A stretch of DNA of 64,000 bases, taken from positions 122,400-186,399 of the forward strand of contig JBBAAR010000001.1 of the NCBI GenBank assembly GCA_041658185.1. The letters are read 5' to 3'. Source of the stretch: Elusimicrobiota bacterium (lineage in GTDB: Bacteria; Elusimicrobiota; UBA8919). The notes under the pieces were generated by a model, which worked only from the letters and a program-made list of their open reading frames with translations, made no database searches and was not told where the DNA came from. Position 1 is the stretch's first letter; each line of letters begins with the position of its first letter. This document shows, piece by piece, positions 35,501 through 43,221 of this stretch. The position numbers and the translations under genes were made by a program.

Positions 35501-36378
35501 ACTGCCAAATCAAAGCTACGCGCCATTGTTGTGCTATCGGGCGCAGTTGCGTCTCCCAACACTTTTTCTGCCCCCCAAGTTCCAGTATCCAAATCAAACA
35601 CAGCAGAAATTATACGCTGACCGGCAGTCGCGGAAAGTGCGACGAGAACAACTTTATTTGTACCGGGTATGGGCTCGAGGCGAATCCACCGGTACGTTCT
35701 CGCGCCCATTCCAGTATCTCTATCAACGTTGTCTATAGTGCCGGCGGTTGAATACCATATTCTGTATGCAACCTGCGGGGCGGAGCTTCTATAATAAACT
35801 GCGATTCCCCTCTTATATGTGGAATCGTTGGCAAAATATGTGAAATCGAAGTGCTTCACACCGGCCGCACCGGTACCTGCTTTCCAGCAAGCCGTAGAAC
35901 CGGTAATCTGCCATGAAGTTCCATTCCAATACTGGGTCTGATAAATACTACCGGAGCCGCTAAATGTCATTAAAAAGGATTCTGTTGTATTAGGGTTATG
36001 ACTGACTAACCAATGACCTGTCTGGTCAACACCTGCATATTGAGGCGTTGCCATTGAAAGTTTGGTTTCGGTGCCATCAAAACCACTTGCTGTTGATGTA
36101 GAATATGAAGGCGGGAATGGACCGGAACCAGTTGAGGAACTGAAATACACCATTGCACCTTCAGTGGCATTCAAAACAACCGGAGTTGATAAAATTAAAA
36201 TAATGGGGACAGAGGAAAGTAAAAAGACAGAGATTAAAAGATTACGAGATTGAGAGATTAAAAACCGGCGTGAAATAAATACAGAGATTGCTTCGGCGAC
36301 GCCTCGTAACGGCACTTTCAAAAAAGGGACAGGTACTTTTTTTATTGCATCAAATATGGTGTTAGACTTTAATTTCAT
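29506..36378 (-). CDS. giant (2290 aa) secreted surface protein with FN3-like repeats, a lamin-tail domain and T9SS-type C-terminal sorting domain
   Basis: Internal repeated modules (DNISDLTALTGSDDGQIILQWTSPGDDGTVG x3-4); LTD motif VISQITAGTDAAGNEFVELYNPTNNDIDL; C-terminus ...SGVYIYKVEAVSGEKRTGAVVLAK. The N-terminus carries a hydrophobic signal-like region. Confidence 0.65.
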   Translation of the reverse strand: MKLKSNTIFDAIKKVPVPFLKVPLRGVAEAISVFISRRFLISQSRNLLISVFLLSSVPIILILSTPVVLNATEGAMVYFSSSTGSGPFPPSYSTSTASGFDGTETKLSMATPQYAGVDQTGHWLVSHNPNTTESFLMTFSGSGSIYQTQYWNGTSWQITGSTACWKAGTGAAGVKHFDFTYFANDSTYKRGIAVYYRSSAPQVAYRIWYSTAGTIDNVDRDTGMGARTYRWIRLEPIPGTNKVVLVALSATAGQRIISAVFDLDTGTWGAEKVLGDATAPDSTTMARSFDLAVENSGKAMAVWVDTNNATSLSYSTWTAAGDWAASPMSVGYSVTYSTRSQWVRLVTKPNANEIQLAFNYFKPGSTTPQLAVAIWDGTTWGNGAFISGNTTGSSQQRFDINYERQSGDCLIAFSSSTFTPPSYATRASGGLTFSNVAQATDFGAGAQGQWYRLVREVSATSDDIYLIANGADSSVRWQKWGGASWGAVTTVETNSLSTRQSFDMAIGNLTSAVDTTPPAAISDLTGLTGINDGDVILSWTAPGDDGMTSNISGGQYDLRYSTNAIGNETNFSNIPANYRIVKPTETVPSQPYSLTVTGLNPGTSYYFALKYRDESNNWASWSTGTYTNTASTSAAQDLLPNAVVTSTAVGGDTFISLTWTYPAVPAGVNDYDKFWVYRSSASFTEPERNDSGYVHVAATFTYLLGYPTTSFVDIGLTNLTTYYYHISLFDKGDQGQGLYSVPKESFSVVEVSTIPWLAPPSAPTGFTGIAQSTYSIKWSWTDAGGGVGYRVRYATSPYGVAVSSILPSVSAFWIEDILSANSSYCRVVVATNSTGESQLSNAATAYTLARPPTNLVFPTNTCVGYSSATFQWNVNDNPSWTRYSVAKSTTDTFDGPAISTFIVFADNFTGNTTTAFGLSAETTYYFRVWAYNEVSTMTAYIQSSTTTKVGPPTAPSNLKISSLLGGTTAIYWQFDDNSTNETGLYLSSGSDTAMHLSGNLADAAFTGTTYWAEVGLSTNTQYTRFAEANNANGSVWSVSITSYTAAAPPASPSATTNNSTSINLTWNANDNPSPATKYGVKYATATDFYVSTTAVNFASGLTATTTIVYYLSANTTYYFSVWAYNGDRIETAYASPVSTMTMPQASNTWANHIVISQITAGTDAAGNEFVELYNPTNNDIDLKNLPSAGGILKLRTETSLGVLSSKTIAWGANSTIPAYGYFLFVAGILPAGNATPDATYSASIGVSNGVMITDAASVKIDGIAQNAGNVNSIEGTLVSSGGLASGKSYERKPNSPNGCGYDSDNNDADYTFHSTYRFAKNSSSAPEQPPDTLPPAGISDLTALTGSDDGQIILQWTSPGDDGTVGNLTGVFEIKYSSTGIINSSNYDSPPAPSYTVTITTTSLQPLTACTTTIYNLLGNNVLYYFAIKTRDEISTNWSVWTSSANDLTVNTSAYATVVNVTPDNISDLTALTGSDDGQIILQWTSPGDDGTVGTLNNAAFEIKYSSTDIISNSNYGSVSAANTIVISTSSLLPLTACSRVVTGLLGNNVLYHFAIKARDEISTNWSVWKSTADAPFTQNTSAYAYVQTVPPNNISDLTALTGTNDGEVNLRWTAPGDDGTVGNVSGGEYRVAYSTNPIGNDTDFSNATIRPDVSTNTVTREPYSTIVTGLNPGTSYYFALKYRDEVASNWAGWSTGTFVNTLSYAAAYDVAPNEPTAVTVVSSNTAVNIWWTNSTLKPGNDDIEKYWVYRATFTFATKFDGNVVLCSTTNYPALYSSSNPLHITSLTNGVTYYFRIVAVDKGDQLNGLYSIALESGYSSAVSTAPFIAPPVLVSANYAGSNINLVWTHSPDFTASNFSSYRIYYSIVSGGPYTLAGSTSTGTSYTDPIVSPRTQKAYYYVLTTRDTDGVESIYSNEKVANPDTVPPTVTHTLVTEINVLGGYAIFVATITDTDNNGSIQPVTSAKLYYQLTGGSWIEVSTATNIGDLYTFKIGPIGAAFLVDFKYYIEAKDVASNYGYIVINGDTKTAATAPTVDVKTQTAVITLTAGGGTLTVSDGDQTDGETSVTIPAGALATNVPIAILQEGYPGDLTPPPSAFKNENTSTIASVSTAPIVCFDFTPDNTHFKKPIILTIRYLDQNSDGEIDDRPGILETNLRIYYWDNWEWRYIGGTVDTVKNTVSGYVDHFTLFAVFPKGAIPVKPTASEKFVTPATVDGKNDIAHFICDSNIVKIEIYDVTGKKIRTVDGNNQAYLDWDGKDDDGNVLESGVYIYKVEAVSGEKRTGAVVLAK

Positions 36379-36464
36379 TGCGGGTTTCTTAAAACGACAA
36401 TTTATATTTTTGTGCTTTTTTACTTTTTCCGTTTTTCACTTTACCGTCGGTAGAACAAAACCTA

Positions 36465-36525
36465 TTCAACTGGTTTCGCAACTACGGAAGTAGTTGAATA
36501 CTGACTCAAAAAAAATATAGCGCAA
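36465..36525. repeat. REP-like palindromic element (GTAGTTGAAT family)
   Basis: aacctattcaactggtttcgcaactacggaagtagttgaatactg, with a caactac-GGAA-gtagttg hairpin; just downstream of the 36593..37582 gene. Confidence 0.6.
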
Positions 36526-36592
36526 AGAACCAATCACATTTTTATTATTTTGCTTTTGCCAAAATTAAGTATACCATAAAAATCCAATCTTG

Positions 36593-37582
36593 TCAAGGGT
36601 TTTTTTCGGTTTCAATAATAAATTTTTTACCGTCGGTTCTAACGGTAATGTTCCCGTCTTCATCCGTCCTGTAAATACTTATATCCGCATCCTGCAATTT
36701 TGCGAGAACTCCGGAATACGGATGCCCGAAATTGTTTCTTGCACCGACGGAAATAACAGCAATTTCCGGATTAACCGCTTTTAAGAATTTTCCAGATGTT
36801 GATGTCGCGGAACCGTGGTGGGCAACTTTCAATATATTTGATCTTATTTTGTCACCATAAATTTGGAGTACATTATCCTCCGCTTCATATTCCATATCTG
36901 CCGTAAAAAAGAAACTTACATCTCCATAAATAAGCCGGATTATTACAGAATTGCTGTTTTCTCCCTCAAAATAAAAATCCTTCGGCGGAGCAAAAACTTC
37001 AAACTTTACCGACGGGTCTACGTCAATAACATCTCCCTGCCTGACAACAGCAGTAACTATTTTTTTCTCTTTTATTACGGCGTGCATTCTTTCATTTTCA
37101 GGCGAGTCGGATTCAATGCCGTTTTCGTAAAGAACCGTCACCGGAAATCTTCTTAAAACCGCGGGCATCCCGCCGATGTGGTCGCCGTCGGGATGGCTTG
37201 CAACCACAAAATCAAGTCGCTTCACATTATGGCTTTCCAAAAAAGGAACGACTATTTCTTCGCCGGGTTCTGCCGACGCCGGACTCCAGTAGGGAGTGCC
37301 GCCGGTATCAATTAAACCGTTTTTTCCGTCCGGAGTTTTTATGAAAATCGAGTCGCCCTGACCGACATCAATAAATGTAACAACAAGTTCCGGGACTCGC
37401 GGTTTATATTCATTCGCCGGAACTTCAAGATATACCTTCGGTTTTGGCGGTTCTTTCGGAAGTGTCGTACACCCGGTAAAAAAACAATTGAAAATTGAAA
37501 ATTGAAAATTGAGAATTAAAATCAAACATATACCATAATTCTTAATTCTTAATTTGTAATTCTTAATTGTCTCTATATTCAT
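36593..37582 (-). CDS. standalone ComEC-type MBL-fold hydrolase, lipoprotein
   Basis: FIDVGQGDSIFIKTPDGKNGLIDTGG, ASHPDGDHIGG and KVAHHGSATS motifs. The signal peptide is encoded by repeat E (ILILNFQFSIFNCFFTGC). Confidence 0.7.
   Translation of the reverse strand: MNIETIKNYKLRIKNYGICLILILNFQFSIFNCFFTGCTTLPKEPPKPKVYLEVPANEYKPRVPELVVTFIDVGQGDSIFIKTPDGKNGLIDTGGTPYWSPASAEPGEEIVVPFLESHNVKRLDFVVASHPDGDHIGGMPAVLRRFPVTVLYENGIESDSPENERMHAVIKEKKIVTAVVRQGDVIDVDPSVKFEVFAPPKDFYFEGENSNSVIIRLIYGDVSFFFTADMEYEAEDNVLQIYGDKIRSNILKVAHHGSATSTSGKFLKAVNPEIAVISVGARNNFGHPYSGVLAKLQDADISIYRTDEDGNITVRTDGKKFIIETEKNP
37487..37565. repeat. repeat family E copy
   Basis: aattgaaaattgaaaattgaaaattgagaattaaaat...ataattcttaattcttaatttgtaattcttaattg. 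Confidence 0.65.
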
Positions 37583-38496
37583 TTCTTAAATCCCAGCGAT
37601 TTGACCGTGTATGTTTCGCCGTCGGTTGAAATAAAAATCGTTCCCTCTTTGTCGGTTCTGTGAAGTTCAATATTAAAATCATTAAATCGTCTCACTGTGT
37701 CCGGATGCGGATGTCTGAATCTGTTGTATCTTCCGCAGGAAATAACGGCGATTTCCGGATTGACCGCATCAAGAAAATACTCGGTTGAAGATGTTTTTGA
37801 GCCATGATGCGGAACTTTTAATATAACGGACGAAACTTCCGATTTTTTATAATTGCCTATCAGCTCGTCTTCCGCAATCGCTTCCGCATCGCCGGTGAAT
37901 AAAAAAGATATATCTTTATATGTAATCTTTAACACTATTGAATTATTGTTAGGGTCTTCAAATAAATGGTCTTTCCTCGGCGATAAAACTTTTACGGTTA
38001 AATCCGGGTCCCAGTTAAGAATATCGCCCTGCTGAGCAATCTTATACGATATTTTTTTCAATTTTATTATTTGAAGAAATTTTTCATATATAGGCGAGGA
38101 GTATGAAAATCCGGAATCGTAGACAATACCCACTGGAAACTTTTTCATAACGCTTAGCAGACCGCCGATGTGGTCCGCGTGTGCGTGAGAGGCAACGACA
38201 TAATCAATTGTTGTGATATTTTTTTTGACTAAAAAAGGAATAACTATTTCTTTACCGGCATCAAATTCGTCGTCGCCGACGGCACATTGCCCGGCATCAA
38301 TAAGAATGTTTTTGCCGTTAGGCGTTCTTATAAATGCGCTGTCGCCTTGACCGACATCAAGAAAATATACATACAGATTCTTTGCGGGATGTCCCTGTTG
38401 ACCGTAAAAAACTTGTATATTTAATGCAGTTATTGCAGTGACAAAAAGTAATAAAACTCTTGGTTTTGATAATTTTGATAATAATGTTTTTTTCAT
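37579..38496 (-). CDS. standalone ComEC-type MBL-fold hydrolase, secreted
   Basis: YFLDVGQGDSAFIRTPNGKNILIDAG, ASHAHADHIGG and KVPHHGSKTS motifs, with a signal peptide. A 4-nt overlap with the upstream paralog suggests translational coupling. Confidence 0.7.
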   Translation of the reverse strand: MKKTLLSKLSKPRVLLLFVTAITALNIQVFYGQQGHPAKNLYVYFLDVGQGDSAFIRTPNGKNILIDAGQCAVGDDEFDAGKEIVIPFLVKKNITTIDYVVASHAHADHIGGLLSVMKKFPVGIVYDSGFSYSSPIYEKFLQIIKLKKISYKIAQQGDILNWDPDLTVKVLSPRKDHLFEDPNNNSIVLKITYKDISFLFTGDAEAIAEDELIGNYKKSEVSSVILKVPHHGSKTSSTEYFLDAVNPEIAVISCGRYNRFRHPHPDTVRRFNDFNIELHRTDKEGTIFISTDGETYTVKSLGFKK

Positions 38497-38505
38497 TTAT
38501 AGTCG

Positions 38506-38605
38506 GTAAAACAAAACCTATTCAACTACTTTCGTCCCTAAAGGGATTTCCTTCGGTCACAACTACGAAACTACGGAAGTAGTTGAGTGCTTATTAAAAA
38601 AATTA
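38506..38605. repeat. REP-like palindromic element (GTAGTTGAAT family, with CCCTAAAGGGA and CTTCGGTC submotifs)
   Basis: aacctattcaactactttcgtccctaaagggatttccttcggtcacaactacgaaactacggaagtagttgagtgc. Confidence 0.65.
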
Positions 38606-39532
38606 AAATCTCACGCCGATGCTTGCCTTATTTGAATAACCCAAATCTCCGGCATTTGAAAACGCATAATCAAATATAAAATCCTGTTTCTGGCTATAGA
38701 CAATACCGAAACCGAATGTTAAAGGTTCAATACCCGTTAAATCATCCCGGAAAAGTTTATAGCCAAGTCGTAACACAAAAATTTCTGATAACATATACTC
38801 AAAACCTATGCCTGCCGTCATATCGGATATAAACGGATAATCCACTTCGGTATTTACCGTCACTTTTTCTTCAAACAATTTCAAAGAAAAACCTGCCTTT
38901 AATTTTTTAGGCAAATCAGATTTATCTCCGGGTCCCATACTCCCGCCGAGATTCAAAAGAGAAATACCGAAATTCAAAGGCATATCATTTATCTGGGTCA
39001 TATACAAACCGCCAAGGTCCGCGGCAAAACCCGTCCCGGATTCCGAATCAATTTTTTCAGATAAATATTTTAGCGAAACGCCCAACGAAATATTCTGAAA
39101 AAATTCGGCACCGTAACCGACATTTAAACCGATGTCCTTCACGTCATAACTTCCGGCTTCCTCTTTCGTCTCTTCTCTTTTTGTAATGCTTCCCGAATTG
39201 AGATACATAATTCCCACGCCCAAACTTCCTGTTTGGCCAAACGGCATCGCATAACTCAAACTTCCGACCTTTATATCCTGTATCCATGAATTATAAGAAG
39301 CCAGCAATTCATTCCATGTTACGAGTGATAAACCCGCGGGATTCCAGAAAATTGCCGATGAATCATTTGCAATTGCCACATAAGTTTCACCGAGCGAGGA
39401 AGGACGGGTGCCATATGAAAGTTTAAGAAATTCAGCGGAAGTTGTACCTGCCGGTTTCGCGTATAAAATGTAAAACTGTCCTATAAATATCAACTGATAT
39501 AAAATTATTTTAATAAATTTTCTATATTTCAT
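38603..39532 (-). CDS. FadL/PorV-like outer-membrane beta-barrel protein
   Basis: TSAEFLKLSYGTRPSSLGETYVAIANDSSAIFWNPAGLS motif; C-terminal ...SIGVRF. Confidence 0.6.
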   Translation of the reverse strand: MKYRKFIKIILYQLIFIGQFYILYAKPAGTTSAEFLKLSYGTRPSSLGETYVAIANDSSAIFWNPAGLSLVTWNELLASYNSWIQDIKVGSLSYAMPFGQTGSLGVGIMYLNSGSITKREETKEEAGSYDVKDIGLNVGYGAEFFQNISLGVSLKYLSEKIDSESGTGFAADLGGLYMTQINDMPLNFGISLLNLGGSMGPGDKSDLPKKLKAGFSLKLFEEKVTVNTEVDYPFISDMTAGIGFEYMLSEIFVLRLGYKLFRDDLTGIEPLTFGFGIVYSQKQDFIFDYAFSNAGDLGYSNKASIGVRF

Positions 39533-39544
39533 TTTTTCTATTTT

Positions 39545-39652
39545 GTATCAGTAAAACAAACCCTGAAGGGACTCCCTTCGGTCGCTACTTTCGTCCCTAA
39601 AGGGATTTCCTTCGGTCACAACTACGAAACTACGAAAGTAGTTGAATGGTTA
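39545..39652. repeat. REP-like palindromic element (same family)
   Basis: aaaccctgaagggactcccttcggtcgctactttcgtccctaaagggatttccttcggtcacaactacgaaactacgaaagtagttgaatgg. Confidence 0.65.
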
Positions 39653-39985
39653 TTTCTCAATTCTTTGATTATGTTTTTCTACCGCTAAAAAATACGGCTT
39701 AAGAACTTTCAATAAATCAACCGGCATTCTTCTTTCCCGTTTTGTATCTATTATTGAATAATAAATCCGGTTTTTTTCCCGCCTGTATTTTACTATATGT
39801 GCATTTTTTAATACGGTTAGATGTCTTGAAACAAGCGGCAAATTTACCCGCAATTCATAAACAATTTCAGAAACACTTGCCTCTTTTTTCTTGTACAGAA
39901 ACTTCAAAATTTTCAAACGAACAACGGAGCCCAATGTAGTAAATAATCTTGCATAATTCAAAGCATTCCTGTCAACCGTTATCAT
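39650..39985 (-). CDS. ArsR/SmtB-family winged-helix transcriptional regulator
   Basis: LKILKFLYKKKEASVSEIVYELRVNLPLVSRHLTVLKNAHIV has the HTH pattern of ArsR-type regulators. A 4-nt overlap with the upstream nuclease gene. Confidence 0.6.
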   Translation of the reverse strand: MITVDRNALNYARLFTTLGSVVRLKILKFLYKKKEASVSEIVYELRVNLPLVSRHLTVLKNAHIVKYRREKNRIYYSIIDTKRERRMPVDLLKVLKPYFLAVEKHNQRIEK

Positions 39986-41430
39986 TTTTCCCCCTTTATA
40001 ACCGCGAACTTTTCAATCGCAAAAAATGTTTTATCGGAGGTGGCCGCCTCAATTTTTAATATGTACAGACCGCTTGCAACTTTTTCACCGTCATCATTAT
40101 CACAATTCCACAAAACCTCATTATAAACACCGGGAGTTACTACCGGTGTAATTTCTCTTGCAATTTCTCCGGAAAGAGTATAGATTTTTACCGTTACCGA
40201 CGTTACATCCGAAGAAATTTCAAAACCGATTGCAGTTCTATTTTTTGCAGGCGACGGATAAACAACAACTTTATCAACCGCTTTTTTTGACGGGGTGGAA
40301 ATTGGCCCGACATTTTTGTAAATTCTCTGAAATTCCTCGTAGTACTCTTTTGCAATTCCAGTTGAATAAATTACAAGCGTATTTTCATCATTAAGTGTAT
40401 TGGCACTGTTGGACCAGTTGTGAGAACCGGTTATAACCTTTGCATTCGTAGTAAAAGGGTCAATCACTCCGAATTTGTGGTGAAGATTATAATTTATGTT
40501 GCTGGCATCGGCATTATAGGTAACATACGCGCCGGTCGAGCGAAGTTTTGCATATGTGGACTGGCTGTCGGTTTGCGTAATGTCAAAAATACCGTAGACT
40601 TCCACCCCTTGTTTCATAACATCAACAAGCGAATCGTATATTTGTGAATCATCGGAATTGGTTGTAAAACTGAACAGACAAAAACTAACTTTTTCTTTGG
40701 CACCCTGAATACTTTTTGTTCCTCCTGTTCCTTTTATTTCATTTGCAATTACTTTATTCGTTCCGCCTGTAACGGGAGTACTATATGGCGAAAAATAAAT
40801 TTTGACCTTAACACCGTTGACATATTCCGTTTTCCCGTTGTTTGATGTATTAATTACGTTAACCGCTTTTGAAGAACCAAAATGAGAAAAACCCGTTCTT
40901 AACGGCGTCCCATACATTTCAACAAATTCATTTTTGTAAATTTCAGCAACGGCAGTTGAACGAATTACAACAACATTATTATTATTTTGATATGTGTCAT
41001 TATTCGTAGGATTCCACGAACCCGTCCAGACAGACGAACCCTCAATTACACAAAATTTGTTATGAACTTGACTGCCCGATGAAGTGCGTATCTTATAAGA
41101 TGTTGTAATACTACTGGTAAATATGCTTGCATTTGTTGCATCGGCATCGCAAATAAAATAAACGGTACAGCCGCGATTTAATGCGGAATTCAAAGCGGCA
41201 ATTGCCGTTGAATTATCTATATCATAAAAAGCAGCATAAATTATTTTATTGTTTACCGAAGCCAGATAGTTTTTGAAACGGAAATCAAGTCCCGGACTGT
41301 TTGCATCGCTGGTACCGGTCGGTTTATTAAAATAGACCTCAAAACCAGGCGGGATTTCACAAAAAAGATTGGTGAAAGGAAAAAAGTAAAAGATAATAAG
41401 TAGAAAAATACTTAAAAATTTAATTTTCAT
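39982..41430 (-). CDS. secreted phospholipase-D-family (two HKD motifs) nuclease-like protein with T9SS-type C-terminal sorting domain
   Basis: HKD motif 1 is HNKFCVIEGSSVWTGSWNPTNN; HKD motif 2 is HHKFGVIDPFTTNAKVITGSHNWSNSA. Signal peptide present; C-terminus ...SGLYILKIEAATSDKTF. Confidence 0.6.
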   Translation of the reverse strand: MKIKFLSIFLLIIFYFFPFTNLFCEIPPGFEVYFNKPTGTSDANSPGLDFRFKNYLASVNNKIIYAAFYDIDNSTAIAALNSALNRGCTVYFICDADATNASIFTSSITTSYKIRTSSGSQVHNKFCVIEGSSVWTGSWNPTNNDTYQNNNNVVVIRSTAVAEIYKNEFVEMYGTPLRTGFSHFGSSKAVNVINTSNNGKTEYVNGVKVKIYFSPYSTPVTGGTNKVIANEIKGTGGTKSIQGAKEKVSFCLFSFTTNSDDSQIYDSLVDVMKQGVEVYGIFDITQTDSQSTYAKLRSTGAYVTYNADASNINYNLHHKFGVIDPFTTNAKVITGSHNWSNSANTLNDENTLVIYSTGIAKEYYEEFQRIYKNVGPISTPSKKAVDKVVVYPSPAKNRTAIGFEISSDVTSVTVKIYTLSGEIAREITPVVTPGVYNEVLWNCDNDDGEKVASGLYILKIEAATSDKTFFAIEKFAVIKGEK

Positions 41431-41454
41431 TTTGATACCTTTCCAACTATAATT

Positions 41455-41530
41455 TCAAAACTACTTTCGTACTTTCGCAACTACGAAAGTAGCGACCGTA
41501 GGGAGTCCCTTTAGGGATTGAATACCTTTT
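41455..41530. repeat. REP-like palindromic element (same family, inverted orientation)
   Basis: aaaactactttcgtactttcgcaactacgaaagtagcgaccgtagggagtccctttagggattgaatacc. Confidence 0.55.
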
Positions 41531-41538
41531 TAAAAAAA

Positions 41539-41772
41539 TTATTTTTTGTTTGAGCGACTTAACAATTCTTGCTGCAATTTTTTCACCCTATCAAGCGATT
41601 TTGACTCTGCTTTTTTGTTCGGATTAAACTCAACATCAAGCCACATGCCTTCATGCAATTTGAACTTAAACTGTTTTACCGGAATTATCATTTCGCCGCC
41701 GCCTACTATTAAAACGGCTGTTTTTCCGTCTTCTATCCTATCTATTACCGCCCGCATAAAATCCTCCGGCAA
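41539..41772 (-). CDS. small hypothetical protein (DUF3006-like)
   Basis: 77-aa ORF; AVIDRIEDGKTAVLIVGGGEM resembles the DUF3006 pattern. The match is weak. Confidence 0.3.
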   Translation of the reverse strand: MPEDFMRAVIDRIEDGKTAVLIVGGGEMIIPVKQFKFKLHEGMWLDVEFNPNKKAESKSLDRVKKLQQELLSRSNKK

Positions 41773-41787
41773 TATTTTTAAATACGA

Positions 41788-42975
41788 TTATCTGTTGCTA
41801 AATATTTGCTTGGCGTATCCGCGATAAAATGCAGAACGCTCTTCTTCGTTCGGTATTTCCTTCCTCGGAATAATTACTGCATTCTCGTTTTTTGGCACAT
41901 CAAATGACTGCTCAACAAAAAGTTTCACTATAGCGGCTGGGACCGAATAAAGCACATCAAATTTGTCTTGCTGTTTTTTACCGTTTGTAATCTCTTCCGT
42001 CCTTGTTAAAGTTCTCTGAAAATTATTTTTTATAAGTTCTATTATTTTTGCAACATTCGGCGACAATAGTGTAATGTCAATTTTGTCTACGGGAGTTGCC
42101 CAAAGATTTATGGACTTCAACTCTTTCAATTCGGCAGGGGATAATTTTACGGGTGGTTCAAAATATACAAGTTTGATTTTATACGGAATTCCCAAATATA
42201 ACGGGTCGGAATTTTCCATAGTTATCGGCGAACGATATTCCATATCTGTATTGACACCGTTATAGAAAACACTATATCCATTGTTGAGATAGCTGTCAGT
42301 CAGTTGATTAACCGACCACCAGGCAAGACAACTTTCCCAAGAACTGAAACAGGGTCCGAATTCCTTAAAAAGAAGATACCGCACATTATCGCAGGAAATA
42401 TTTATTACATTTGAAAGTTCTCTGTAAAAAGTTGATTTTCCTCCTCCGGCAGCACCTATCGGAATTATTAGAACGGGACCTTTACTGATAAGCGTTTTTT
42501 CATCCCAGTTGGAGTTATTTTTCAGAGAATATTTGATGAAATTCTCTATGTGTTTTTTCCCTTCTTCATACAATTTTGCCAAATCAAAACCGGTTATCTG
42601 TGCTTCAATAATTGCAAGGAAAGTGTTTATTATGCTATATGGATTAAGATGAAAACAATTAGAAAAATCTTTCATCCGTAAAATCGCTTCTTCAAAATCC
42701 GGCTTGTTTTTTATTAGAAAAATTCCTTTCTGAGAATTTACGGCAAAAATGGGAGAGTTGTAAAGATTTTTGGCCAGGCGCAAATTTTCAAGAATATCAC
42801 CGGAAGTAAGCGAAGCGTCAATTATATTATGAAGACATATATAAACATCTTTTTCATACAGGAGGGAGTTGTCGTTTTCAACAACATCTAATAACTTTTT
42901 AAGACCGTATCTATCGGCAACTTTTTTCAATAAATTCCTGGTTTCACTGTGTCTCTTAAATTCTCTTTTTTCCAT
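41788..42975 (-). CDS. P-loop NTPase/kinase-family protein with N-terminal domain of unknown function
   Basis: Walker A box IIPIGAAGGGKST in the C-terminal half. No close family is recognisable by eye. Confidence 0.4.
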   Translation of the reverse strand: MEKREFKRHSETRNLLKKVADRYGLKKLLDVVENDNSLLYEKDVYICLHNIIDASLTSGDILENLRLAKNLYNSPIFAVNSQKGIFLIKNKPDFEEAILRMKDFSNCFHLNPYSIINTFLAIIEAQITGFDLAKLYEEGKKHIENFIKYSLKNNSNWDEKTLISKGPVLIIPIGAAGGGKSTFYRELSNVINISCDNVRYLLFKEFGPCFSSWESCLAWWSVNQLTDSYLNNGYSVFYNGVNTDMEYRSPITMENSDPLYLGIPYKIKLVYFEPPVKLSPAELKELKSINLWATPVDKIDITLLSPNVAKIIELIKNNFQRTLTRTEEITNGKKQQDKFDVLYSVPAAIVKLFVEQSFDVPKNENAVIIPRKEIPNEEERSAFYRGYAKQIFSNR

Positions 42976-43149
42976 TTAATCTCCCCCCAATCTTTATATT
43001 AAAATTTATTTTCAAGCGAACGAGCGAAAAGTAAACTTATTTGTTTTTCGAGCGACCGCAAGAAGTCCCTTCAGGGGCGAGCGCTGAAAACAAAGGGTTT
43101 AATACCCTTTATAAAAAACCAAAAATCAATAAAATCAAAAATTACAATT

Positions 43150-43215
43150 ACCGATGATAAAACCCTAAACTACTTTCGTAGTTGCGTAGTTGCGAAAGTA
43201 GTTGAATAGTTTTTA
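43150..43215. repeat. REP-like palindromic element (same family)
   Basis: aaaccctaaactactttcgtagttgcgtagttgcgaaagtagttgaatag. Upstream, at 43040-43120, are the additional palindromes cccttcagggg and aaagggtttaataccctttat. Confidence 0.6.
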
Positions 43216-43221
43216 AAAAAA

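Noticed and set aside
13359-39532. Calling the eight barrels specifically PorV (the T9SS shuttle) and inferring a complete T9SS
   Set aside because: The N-terminal NPAGL-type hatch motif is shared by FadL, PorV, PorQ and related 14-strand barrels. No PorK/L/M/N/SprA genes are in the window, so only a family-level FadL/PorV-like call is justified.
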